A stretch of DNA of 64,000 bases, taken from Eledone cirrhosa (Eukaryota). The stretch spans positions 23,436,001 to 23,500,000 of the forward strand of contig OZ024750.1 in assembly GCA_964016885.1 (NCBI GenBank), read 5' to 3'. Of this stretch, positions 41,955 to 55,062 are shown piece after piece. The notes under the pieces are model-generated. The model worked only from the letters and a program-made list of their open reading frames with translations. It did no database searches and was not told the DNA's origin. The translations under genes and the position numbers were made by a program. The first letter of the stretch is position 1. Each line of letters starts with the position of its first letter.

Positions 41955-42079
41955 TTCAACTTAAAGTTTGGTAAACTGGCAAGCACCGATTAACCGAGGA
42001 ATGTGATGATGATGATCATCATCATCATCACATTCCTAAGTTAATCGGTGCTTGCCAGTTTACCAAACTTTAAGTTGAA
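41955..42079. repeat. Near-perfect palindrome centred on (GAT)n/(ATC)n
   Basis: About 60-bp arms, 2 mismatches, no unique spacer. Confidence 0.9.
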
Positions 42080-42607
42080 TCATCATCATCATCATCATCA
42101 TCACCATTATCATCCAATGAGGTGGGGGTGACTGTTGCAGCATTTTGTCCGCGGCTGCAACTAAAATATACCGCTCAGCAGGGATGTAACTAGAGTATGG
42201 AGCCCATGACACTTGCCATGGGCTCCAGTTGACGGAAGGGGGAGGGCGCATTTGAACTTTATGGTTATATCTGAAAGCTGGGTGTCCGAAATTTGGGTAG
42301 GGACGCTATTTCCTTGCTTGCCATAGGCACTATTTTCCCTAGTTGCGCATTTGACGCCCAGACTGGGGGTGTAGAATCTGTCTTCCCCCACCACCACCAC
42401 GATTTCCAATACTTTTGTTGCTTAATTTCTTTTTCTTATTGCCATTTATGTTATCACATTTTCTCTTTAGTTTAATAAAATTTAAATAAACAATAATAAA
42501 AAATAAATTAAATCTCCGCACTAACCTAATCGGACGTACTTTATATATTTATAGTTCGGATCTGGCTGTCGAAACGGCCGGAGCTCAGCCGTCGGGGTCC
42601 TGACTCT

Positions 42608-42662
<55 letters not shown>

Positions 42663-42700
42663 GGTGTTAAAGTTTGCTTGAAGCATTGTGAAATGTGTAA

Positions 42701-43085
42701 AAATACGTATTTAAGAAAGCCACAACAATGCAAAGGGAAATCTCGAGGTAGGAAGTGAAATATAGATAGGAAAAACAGGTGAAAGTGAAAATTGAGAGAG
42801 ACAAAGATGAAAACAAAACAAAGGTAGAAGGGTTACCGTAGTAGAGATTTAATCCCAATATTTCGGGCTCACGCCCATCAACGGGGGAAAAGTTCCAAAA
42901 GGGGGGAAACAGGCCAAGCGGAGAAAGTTGTGATGGGATTAAATCTCTACTACGGTAACCCTTCTACCTTTGTTTTGTTTTCATCTTTGTCTCTCTCAAT
43001 TTTCACTTTCACCTGTTTTTCTTATCTATATTTCACTTCCTACCTCGAGATTTCCCTTTGCATTGTTGTGGCTTTCTTAAATACG

Positions 43086-43090
<5 letters not shown>
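42701..43090. repeat. Inverted repeat, 157-bp arms (1 mismatch), 76-nt spacer
   Basis: 42701-42857 is the reverse complement of 42934-43090; produces the twin ORFs MGLNLYYGNP on both strands. Confidence 0.95.
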
Positions 43091-43166
<76 letters not shown>

Positions 43167-43389
43167 TATGTGGGTGGGAGTAGTGGAGTTTAACAGGTCA
43201 ACATAACGGAAAGGGAAGGGCTCTAGGTGTCGGTGGTGTAAAAATACACACACATGTACACCAGGTTCGAACACAGAGGAGCCGAACTCCCACTATCACC
43301 GCCTTCGTCCCTCCCACCTCCCCGGCTTCACTGTAGTAAGTAGGCTGAGGTTACGGCTGGTCGCTCATTCGTAATCCGGTTCGACCAGC

Positions 43390-43447
43390 GTTGCTAAGCA
43401 CGTGACTCAGTAGTTTATTATGGCAACCGTAGTGTCGGTATAAACAC
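43390..43447 (+). promoter_or_regulatory. VWA3A-like proximal promoter with RFX X-box-like sites, E-box/AP-1 and forkhead site
   Basis: GTTGCTAAGCAC (43390), CACGTG overlapping TGACTCA (43400-43409), GTTTATTATGGCAAC (43413-43427), ATAAACA (43440-43446), all 50-110 nt upstream of the ATG. Confidence 0.55.
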
Positions 43448-43496
43448 AGTGAGCGGCGAGACAGACTGCTGTCTTCCCTCCGGAGATAAATCAACA

Positions 43497-43525
43497 ATGG
43501 AAGGGGAAGTATTGTACCCAGATAG
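43497..43525 (+). CDS. VWA3A: VWA3A-like coding exon 1 ([10 protein letters not shown])
   Basis: caacaATGG Kozak context, AG|GTAAGT consensus donor, phase 2 matches the next exon, X-box immediately upstream. Confidence 0.7.
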
Positions 43526-45038
43526 GTAAGTAGTTGAGAATTTTACATGTCACACACCTTAACAGTGATTAGAAGAAGGTGGTGGAGAGACGTTGTGTGA
43601 GAGTGGCAGGTAACGAAATGCTGGGGAGAGAGGCCGTGTGTGGGACGAAGTCCTGGGAAGAGTGGTGGTAAAAGAATAATTGGAAGGAAACGTCGTAATA
43701 ATAGTTTCTACATTTGGCACAAGGCCAGCAATTTGAAGGACAGAGGAAAGTCGATTAAATCGACACCAGTGCGTTACTGGTACTTTATTTTATCGACCCC
43801 GTAAGGCAAAGTTAACCTCGACGGGATTTGAACTCAGAACGTAAAGGGCCATAACTAAATACTGCAAAGCATTTTGTCTGGCGCTCTACCAATTCTGCCA
43901 ATCCACATAATAATGATTTCTGATTTAGGTAGGCACAAGGCCAGCAATTTTGGGGAGAGAGGGAAAGGCGATTAAATCAACCCCAGTGTGTTACTGGTAC
44001 TTCATTTTATCGACCCTGTGAGGATGAAAGGCAAAGCTAACCTCGGTGGGATTTGAACTCAGAACGTAAATATGCAAGTGAGAAGAGTGTTTTATTAATG
44101 GAAGTAAGGGAAGAGTTAGAGTAATGGGATGTGTGTGTGTGTGTGTGTAGGTAGAACAATAAAAACAGAAGCCAAGTGTAGGTAGAGAGTTAGTTCATTG
44201 TTTTACGATCGTTTCAGGGGGTCGATGGATTGATGTATCGACTAGCATGGTAGTGGTTAAGTTACTACCTGTTTCTAGTCTCGAAATCCCTGTTCAATCG
44301 GCCGTCCTCCTAGGGTTATATTATATATAATGTTATATATATATATATTATTCAAAATATTAGATGAGAAATATTCTCAAAATCAAAATATATATTTTAT
44401 TATACCTATTTCAAAGGTACAATGGTGTTTAAGTATGTTTTCATCAAATAAAATATAAGATTTGATATGAAATCATATTTTCATTATTATTATTATTATT
44501 ATTATTATACTGCTACGATTTTGATTATTCAATTCCAATAGTGGCATATATATATATATATATATATAGTTCGTTTCTGAATTTGTTTAGCAAGATTCTT
44601 TATCTGAAAACGGGAAAACGTGTGTTGAAACCGATATTGTTATACTTTGGGAGGGTCATGTTGCCAATAAGAAACACACGTACCAGTTGCTTTCACTTCA
44701 ATTTATAATAAATTTAGGAATTTATAAATTTCCGGTTGGTTGGTTGGTTCCACAACCAGATGGTTGTTTATATATTGTCAAACTTCTTTCGTCACACATT
44801 CTGTGACCTCTTCAGTGACTGGGGATTCTTTTCTTTGTTTTTTGTGCCTCTCCTTTGTTCTGTCCTACGCCATCTTGTTTTTGTGTGTGTGCTGTGTGCT
44901 TAGTTTGCGCATGTGTTACATCCGGGTGTCTGTGTGTGTTTATATTCATTTATTTGTTTATTTACATGTTACTCGTTGGTTGTTTGTTCTATGTGCGTGT
45001 GTGTTTTCATTTTGTCCTTAATTGTATATATATATAGT

Positions 45039-45084
<46 letters not shown>

Positions 45085-48000
45085 AAATATAAAACAATCA
45101 TATTTTAGTTTAATACATTTAATTGCTGACAATTGTTTCTTCTGGACAACTGTCTGGAATCATCATTATTATTATTATTTATATATATATATATATGTTA
45201 TATATTGTATACAAATAACTTCTACAGGACTAGAACAGTTTCATTAATTTGAAATCATCAGGAATTCCTAATGATATTTGTGTATATATATATATCATTA
45301 TCATTAACACAGAAACACACACATACATATATATATATATATATGTGTGTATGTATTAAACACACACATATATATAACACATACACCTGCATACGACATG
45401 GCACTGACTACAGGAACTTACTATAGGACTTCAAACAACTGGGGCTGGGGCTGAAGAATTTGGAGGAGGACTGGAGAAGGGTAGAGCCCTAAAAAGACCC
45501 GATCTTAGTTTGATCTTAGTTTTACTCAATCAGAACTAACCTGAGACTAAACAACAACACTTAGATCTTGATCTATATATTCATCTCACCCACACTTAAG
45601 TGATTATTTAAACCAGCCGTATCCGGCCAGAATTCTCTCACCTTTTTCTGTTCAAACTGGCTGTATTCAGCCACTCATACCGATCTTAAGGTATTATTCT
45701 CAAAATAAATAACATCAAAGTCTCGTAGATTCGATATTATGTGAGATAAAGCCATTACTGTGAAAATACAATAGTATATATAATGTAAATGCTAAAGGGT
45801 AAGAGACAATGTTTATTCATGAAATTAAAGAATTTGAAGTTTTAAAAATGTTTGTTTATATTCACAGAATGATGTCTACTCCAAACTGGGACCCTACTCA
45901 GCCAAGTGGTACCATACCTGGCCCCAACTGCAACCCTGCTCAGCCACCAGATTGCTCTGGTCCTGAACTCAAACCACATTACAGCAATCCTGACTACAGC
46001 TGGATTACATCAAGTTGGACCACACCACCAGATCCTCTACAGGTCACTCATGTAAACCAGACATATGACTTAGTAGTAAGTTTACTGTTTATCTCCAGAT
46101 AATGGTTTCTAACTTAGACACAAGACCAGAAATTTCGGAAAGGGGAAAGTTGTTTAACCCCTTAGCATTCACATTACTCTATATATACTATTATATTTTC
46201 ATGGTAAAGGCGTTACCTCGCATAATTATCTCACATAATATCAAATCTATGAAATTTTGAAAGTATTTATTTTGAAAACAATACCTTAACATCAGTTTGA
46301 TCGACCAGTTACAGCCAGTTTCAATAGAAAAAGGTAGAGAATTCTGGGCGGTTTTAATATTAAAGGGTTAAATCAACCCTCAGTACTTGTGTGGTACCTT
46401 ATTTTATTGACACATGAAAGGATGAAAAGCAAAGTTGACCTCGGTGAAATTTGAACTAAGAATATAAAGGGTCAAAGCAAATACTACATTGCATTTGTCT
46501 GACCCTCTAAGGATTCTGCCAACTTACTGTCCTGTTTTCTCTATATAATGTCCCTAATGACCCTGTTTTGTTGTTGTTTTTCCTTGTGTTTTTCACTGTT
46601 TAATCAAGATATACAGATTCCACCACCATTTTAAGAACATATAGACTGGTGGGTGGGAGGAAGGCTTCCTCAAACTGTAGACCTAGCCCAAATGCTCAGT
46701 AGTGCTAAACCAGACATCTACTACCCACAAATATGTGCGTGGGAGAAGTAACTATGTTGTTTTAAACAACCTCACTGTTAACCTATTAGCATATCAGAGG
46801 CTTCAAGTAGGTTATCTGTGTAGACTCTGGTTCAGCCATTGAGAAAAAGTCTACTTTCATTGCTGAGCAGAGCAGCTTACACCAATTTGCTGATTAACCA
46901 ACAAGAGATGCTATATTTTTTTATGTTTAGTCAGGGAATGATGGACAGTACCCATGACACTTTTCAGTGCCTCTGAGACTGATGGACTGAGGGAGAGCAG
47001 TATCTTCAAACCAAAGGCTTGGTCCAAATGATTGCAACAGAGTGGACACTGTCATAGGTACATGAGGTGGTGTTAAACTGAGCAATGGGTTAAATTTACC
47101 AGCCATGAATATGTGTGTGAGAGAAGTGTCTATCTTATTTTAAATAACTTCATGGTTAAAAGGTGAGCATATCAGGGGTTTTCAGTTGGTTCTCTTGTAT
47201 ACAGTTGTCCCCCAGTATTCATGGGCGATATGTTCCTAGAGCACCTGCAAAGAATGAAAAACTGTGAATATTGGACGTGGGCCATAAAAATGCCTATAAA
47301 CATCAAAATATAACGTAAAGTATAATAAAATGCGAAAGGGTGTCCAATAGATCGGCAAATACAGAATGTTGTTATTAATAATTTAACGTTAAAAAAATAT
47401 ATATTATATATCATTCCCTGGCACTTCATGACCGATAGGTGAAGAAGTGCCAGGAAATGCCAGTTGAAGGAAGACGTGGTAGAGGTAGACCACGAAAAAC
47501 ATGGGCGGAGGTGGTGAGAACAGACCTCAGATCGCTGAAGCTCACGGTGGAGAGATGACGAAGGACCGTGACAAGTGGAGAGATGCTGTGCTGAATAAGA
47601 CCCGTCCCCACCCTTGCAAGCAGGGAAAAGCGGACGTAAAATGATGATGATGATGATGATGATCAAATATGATTATCTCACATAATATCAAATCTATGAA
47701 ATTTTGATATTATTTACTTTTGAGAACAATACCGTAACATCAGTATGAGCAGCCAGTTAAGGCCGGTTTAAAAAGAAAGAGGTGAGAGAATTCTGGCCGG
47801 ATACAGCCGGTTTAAATGCTAAAGGGTTAATCTATATTCCTCAGTTGTCCAGTTACTCTCAGTGTAAAATCAATTATTGATATACTCCTTTCAAAATACT
47901 CTTATCTGATAGTCACAACAAGCATTTCACATGTCATAAGACAAAAAAAGGGGGTTGGCATCTGGAAGGACATCCAGTTGTAAAGAAAATTACCTCAAAA

Positions 48001-51000
48001 TGTCCCATCCTACAGATGCCAGCATAGAAGAGTGGATGTAAAAATATTGATGATGAGATAATGAATATGTAATACCTAATATAACACAAGGTCATTACAC
48101 AACAAAAAACATATCATCATCATCATCATCATCATCATCAATATCGTCATCATATTCATCATCATCATCGTCGTCATCATCTTCCTCATCATCTCATCAT
48201 CTTCCTCATCATCTATCTCATCATCATCGTCATCAGCATCATCATCGTCATCATCTTCCTCCTCATCATTATCATCATCATTATTTTTACATCCATAGAA
48301 GGCGGTGGATTGGCAGTATCGGTAAAGGATCGGACTCCATGCTTTGAGGCATAGAGTTACGGCCGTTGCTATTCTGAGTTCAAATCCCGCCGAGGTTAAC
48401 TTTGCCTTTCATCCTTACGGGGTCGATAAAATAAAGTACCAGTAATGTACTGAGTAATTGCTGGCCTTGTGCCAAAAGAAGAAACAATTATTTTTACATC
48501 CATTGGATGGCGCTGGATTGGCAGTATCGATAGAGGGTCGGACGCTATTCTTTGATGCAAAGAGTTACGGCCCTTTCCATTCTGAGTTCAAATCCCCCCA
48601 AGGTTAACTTTGCCTTTCATCCTTACGTGGTCGATAAAATAAAGTACCAGTAATGCACTGGGTAATTACTGGTCTTGTGCCAAAAGTAGAAACAATTATT
48701 TTTACATCCATTTTCCATTTTGGCATTGGTTTGACAAAGCTTTTTAAGGCAGAATTCTATGACCAGATGAACCTTCCTGACACCCCTGGTCTCACTTGGG
48801 CCAGGCCAAGCCTAGCTTGATCCTGACAGACATCCTCCATCCAAGTCCGGGATCTTCACACACCCCTAACCACTGTGCTTTGGGATATCTGTTAATGTGG
48901 AACAAACAAATATCATTAGTTGCCCTCGGGATGTCAAATGTAAAATGAAGAGAAAGTCAAACACACACACACACACAAACACACACACATGTTGGGTTTT
49001 GTACAGTTTCCATTTACCAGTTTCACACATAAAGCATTTGTCAGCCCAAGGCTAAAGGGGAAGTCACACAGTGGAATAGAACCTAGAACCTATAATCATA
49101 TGGTTGTGAAACAGAATTCTTAACCATACAGCCAACAGAAAGTGTTCCAATGTCTTTTGAGATAACTTTTCTTCAAGAGTAAACATTAAAAAAAAAGTTT
49201 TGACAGTTTCCTCCATCTCTTTTTTTCAAGCATTCTGTTCCTGTCAGCAATGTTGCCTCGCCCACCTCCAGGGAATGGCTACAGAACCATGGCATTGAAG
49301 TTTTACAACTGACTTTCAAAGACTTTGTTGACAAAGGAAAACTAGTTGGGTAAAATATCAATTTATTTTTATTTTTTTTTTTTTTAAGGTGGCAAATTTG
49401 AGTCATTAAGGTACTGGGTAAAATACCTTGGTATTTATTCTGACACAGTGATCTGAGTTCAAATCCTGGTGGATTTAATTTGGCCTTTCATTCTTTCAGG
49501 CTCGATAAATAAAGTCCCAGTCCAGTGGAAGTTGGATTGGCAGAATTGTTAAATTGTCATACAGGGTCAGTGCCAGACTATCTGACACCCTAGGCAAGGT
49601 TAGATTCTGCCCTCCTTCCCTTCCTAAGGAAAATATCAATTTCAAAATTTATAAACAATAATATTTTTTTCATATTTTTTCAACATTTATTTGTCCCTGT
49701 ACGAAATAAACCAGGTTAAAAAACGACCCTCAATAAAACTGAAATTTATTTATTTTTCAAAATCATTGTTGATTTGGAGAATGTGCCCCCTGAAATCATT
49801 GCCTTAGGTGGCTGCCTAGTTTGCCTATATGGTAGCGCCGGCCCTGTGGTCATACTCACTAGATGCTTTACAGTATCTGCTCCTGCTCGGTGCGCACCGA
49901 GTTCAAATCCTACCTCCACCTGCCAGGAGTTATGACTGGCAGATAATATCAGCAATGGAAAATTAAATGCTCGGGGCTAGAACATCTTTGATTACAAGGC
50001 AGCTGGGTTGGGCTTACCCAGAGTTAAATGAAGAGATGAACCCAAATAATGTAGTCCTAAATACACTATACATGAATAAAAAATGGGTTGATCCTCCCTG
50101 GAACATCTTTGAACATAGGTATGTTTGGTCAATGCTGTTGTCATACAGCAGGGACACACTGGTCAGTTGCCCTAGAGCCCCCCCCCCCTCCCCGTGAACT
50201 AGGGGCCCAATTCTAATTCATAATTGATATACAGAAGCCTCAGAGCATTGCATTGCATTGGCTGGAGCACTATAAAGCAATCATGACAGTCCTGGTCAAA
50301 GACACTGTGTGACTAAACAACAGTAGGAGGGTTTAGTTATTTTATGTGTCTCTTGTCTTTTCTATTGAGTTTTACCACTAAAGGTATTTATGTTTGGCTG
50401 TATTTAGACCTCAGGCTGATCCTTCCACGGGCCAAGCTTCACACTATGTAGCGTTCAATCCACAGGACATCGTGAGATTTCAACTAAAACTCAACCAGTG
50501 AGTACCTTGATGTTTTACTTTTATTTATTCCCTCACTACCAACATTGTTGTTGTTATTGTTGCTGTCATTATCATCATCACTAACATTGTCATCATCATC
50601 ATTATCATAATCATTGTTATCATCATCACCATCATCATCACCACCACCACGACCACTATCAATAAGGCTATAGCAATGTAGATCAAACAATGTGTCAATA
50701 AGGTATTTAAATGTCACCTTAGAAATATTCCTTGGTCCTGATATTTTGGATAAAATACCCCTTTATAAAGGTGTTAAGAGAACATGAGAAAGAAAGAGGT
50801 ATTATACTCCCATTAGATTTTTACGCTAAACCATAGTAAATATTTTTATCCATAATATCTGGAATAACTGGATATTTTTAAGCTAACCTTTCAATATCTT
50901 TATTGTTGTTCTTCAACATCATCAGCATCATTATTTAACATCTGTTCTTCCTTATAGACCAAGGCATTACCTAATCGGAGCTACAGATAACCCAGAGGGG

Positions 51001-54000
51001 CAGGGGCTGGTGGGAAGTATATTTCATTTACATACAGTCTGGTTTTCACATGGTTTCTACAGCTGGATGCCTTTGGTATCACCAACCACTTTACAGAGTG
51101 TACTGGGTGTGTTTTATTATGTTACTAACACAAAAGAAGTAGTCATGTCTAACACAATTGAAGAGTCCTCTTTGTTTGGTATGGGTTTTATGACCAGATG
51201 CCCTTGCTATCAGCAACTACTTTATAGAGTCTACTGGATGGATTTTAATCATGTCTCCAACACTAGGGATGTTATATCTTTGAAACAACTGAAGAATCCT
51301 CTTGAACCTTTGCTTGGCAAATTTTCTATGACTGAGTGCCCTTCCTATTACCAGCCTCTTTACTGAGTGTACTTGTTTATTTACAGAGCAATGAAAAGTT
51401 ACCAACAACGGATTAGATGGCTTCTTGGAGGAAGCAGAAAGGTGAGTACAACTATTCAAAAGAAATATGAAGGCATGTAACTTAGTGGTTAGATTGTTTA
51501 GCTCACAATCATAAAGTTATAAGTTTGATTCCCAGCTGAGCATTGTGTCCTTGCTGCCCCAGTCCACTTGGCTGGAAAAAATTAGTTGCACCTGTAATTC
51601 AATGGGAAAGCTTTATCACACACTGTGTCATGCTGAATCTCCCTGAGAACTTAATTATTAAAAAGGCAAGAAGGGCGGTGGATTGGCAGTATCAGTAGAG
51701 GGTCGGACGGCCTGCTTTGCAGCATAGAGTTACGCCCCTTTATGATCCTGCCGAAGTTAACTTTGCCTTTCATCCTTACGGGGTCGATAAAATAAAGTAG
51801 CAGTCACGCACTTGGATCGATTTAATCGACTTTCTCCTCCCCCAAAATTGCTGGCCTTGTGCCTATATAAGAAACCATTATTAAAAAGGCAAGAGAAGAT
51901 AAGGGTGAAGATTGTTTTCTTGATATATTATGCTGTTGTGCATTTGAGCGTTTTAATTGCAAGTAAAACTAGAGCAGGGTGCGATGGTAAACTATTTCCT
52001 TAACTCTCAATGTCCTGTACTACATGAAGCCACATTAGCAAGACATTCTTCAAGAATACAAAACAGAAAATAAAGTCTTTACTTTAATATTGCAAATTTT
52101 TACAACTATCTGTTCTCTAGTGAAAATATATAAACATTTGAATTAACAAACCACATGAAACCATATATTCTGACTAAGCCCCAGATTAAATAGATACACC
52201 ATATCCCTGTGTGTTGTAAGAAGCAACTAAAAGAGTTGGTGTCAGGAAGGGCATCCAGTGGTAAAACATTTCCTCAAAATGTCCTGTCCAACCCATGCCA
52301 ACATTGGAAAGTCAGTGTAAAAACAACAATGATGATGATGAAATTACATTCATGAGACATTCTTGAAAAGTACAAAGCAACACTATGACTAAATTACATT
52401 AAAAATTAAATTCTGTACTTTAATCCTTTAGCATTTGCATTACTCTATATATACTATTGTATTTTTGTGGTAAAGCTTTATCTTACATAGTTATCTCACA
52501 TAATACCGAATCTACGAGATTTCGATGTTATTTATTTTAAGAACAATACCTTTACATCAGTATGAGCGGCCAGTTTGAACAGAAAGAGAATTCTGGCCAG
52601 ATATGCCCAGTTTAAATGCTAAAGGGTTAATACAGCAAATTTTCACAACAAACTATCCACTATAAACTATAAAGAATGATTTAACTAAATTGTTTTTTAG
52701 ATATCTTTTCTACATCATTACAGGATGTTAAGAGTTAACATGTGCAGCTGTGACTGTGTTTTTGAGTATTTTAATTACCTGTAAGATATGATGGGGGGGA
52801 GGTGAAAGATTGGTTCCTTGTTATGTGAATTGACTGTATTTAAGTTAGCTGTCGTATAAATCAAGAAAGGAAAAGGTGAAAGACTACTTCCTCAATATGT
52901 GCAGCAGTGACAATGTTTCTGAATGTTTTAATTATCTGTTGTGCAGGACAAGAGAGGTGGGAAGTAGAAAACTGTTACTATAAATTAACTGTTTTTTAAT
53001 GGTTTTATTTCCTGTAAAACTAAGGCAGGTGAGGTTGAAGGTTGTTTCCTTAATATATGAGGTGACTGTATTATGTGAGGGTTTAATTTTTTGTTCCAAG
53101 CTCAACGCTACCTTTCATCCTTTCAAGGTCAATAAATATAGTATCGGTACAGAATTGGGGGTCAAATCTTCCTCTATATCTCTTTACTACTTTCACTAAC
53201 TCAGTTCATACCTGAAGTGAGAGGGGTTCCACCAGGTTTAAAATGCCTAAAACATGATGTGAGTTACAATCACATTGATGACAAACTGTATTCGTCTTTG
53301 TCTTTCCTTGCACAGCATTGTGTATATATAGTGTATATATAATATATATATAGTAAATATATAGTGTATATATGAGTTGCAACACTATCAACCTATACAG
53401 CATTATATATTGTGTATATTAGGGCAGTGGATTGACAGTATCGGTAGAGGGTCAGACGCCATGCTTTGTAGCATAAAATAATTTACCAGTAATGCACTGG
53501 GATAATTGCTGGCCTTGTGCCAAAAGAAGAAACAATTATATATTATATATATATATATAGTGTATATATAATAGAAGTAGTTCCACAACAGTTAGTTCAC
53601 CATACCGAGAACAAATGTTTCACTTTGTGGATCATCAGCTTGGTCTGATGATCCACAAAGTGAAACATTTGTTCTTGGTATGGTGAACTAACTGTTGTGG
53701 AACTACTTCTACCAAACTCGTCCCATGGACTGAGTACTCTACTACTACGGATATAACCCTCCAGTGTCCTACTATTATGTGTATATATAATATATATATA
53801 TTGTATATATAATATATATGTTGTATATATAAATAATAGGCGCATAGCTTAGTGGTTAGAGCATTGGGCTTGCAATCGAAAGGTTGTGAGTTCAATTCTC
53901 AGACCGGGTGATGTGTTGTTTCCTTGAGCAAGACACTTTATTTCACATTGCTCCAGTTTACTCAGCTGTAGAAATGAGATGATAGGGACTGGGGTCCCTA

Positions 54001-55025
54001 TCATTCCACTGCAAAGTGGTCGTGGAGGTGCCACGGCAAAAAAGCACCCAGCCCTCACTGTAAAGTGGATGAGTAGGCGTCACGGCAAAAAAGCACCCAG
54101 CACTCACTGTAAAGTGGACGTGGAGGTGCCACGGCAAAAAAACACCCAGCCCTCACTGTAAAGTGGATGAGTAGGCGCCACGGCAAAAAAGCACCCAGCA
54201 CTCACTGTAAAGTGGACGTGGAGGTGCCACGGCAAAAAAACACCCAGCACTCACTGTAAAGTGGATGAGTAGGCGCCATGGCAAAAAAGCACCCAGCCCT
54301 CACTGTAAAGTGGATGAGTAGGCGCCACGGCAAAAAAGCACCCAGCACTCACTGTAAAGTGGACGTGGAGGCGCCACGGCAAAAAAGCACCCAGCACTCA
54401 CTGTAAAGTGGACGTGGAGGTGCCACGGCAAAAAAGCACCCAGCCCTCACTGTAAAGTGGACGTGGAGGTGCCACGGCAAAAAAACACCCAGCACTCACT
54501 GTAAAGTGGACGTGGAGGCGCCACGGCAAAAAAACACCCAGCACTCACTGTAAAGTGGATGAGTAGGCGCCACGGCAAAAAAACACCCAGCACTCACTGT
54601 AAAGTGGACGTGGAGGTGCCACGGCAAAAAAACACCCAGCACTCATTGTAAAGTGGACGTGGAGGTGCCACGGCAAAAAAACACCCAGCACTCACTGTAA
54701 ATGAGGTTGGTGTTAGGAAGGGCATCCAGCTGTAGAAATCAAGCCAAAATCAGTTCCCGTATGAGCAAGACAAAGTCAGCCGACTGGACACTGCCCACAG
54801 GACAACCCGTCTAACCCATGCTAGCGTGGAAGAATGGACATAAAACGGTGATGATGATGAGGATTGTATATATATATAGTGTATATACATGTTGTATATG
54901 TATATATAATATATATATTGTATATATATATAGTGTATATACATGTTGTATATGTGTATATAATATATATATTGTATATATATATAGTGTATAATACATG
55001 TTGTATATGTATATATAATATATAT

Positions 55026-55062
<37 letters not shown>

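Noticed and set aside
46618-46747. Possible extra VWA3A exon ([17 protein letters not shown]...)
   Set aside because: In-frame stop, no VWA3A similarity, and exon 2 joins exon 3 in phase without it.
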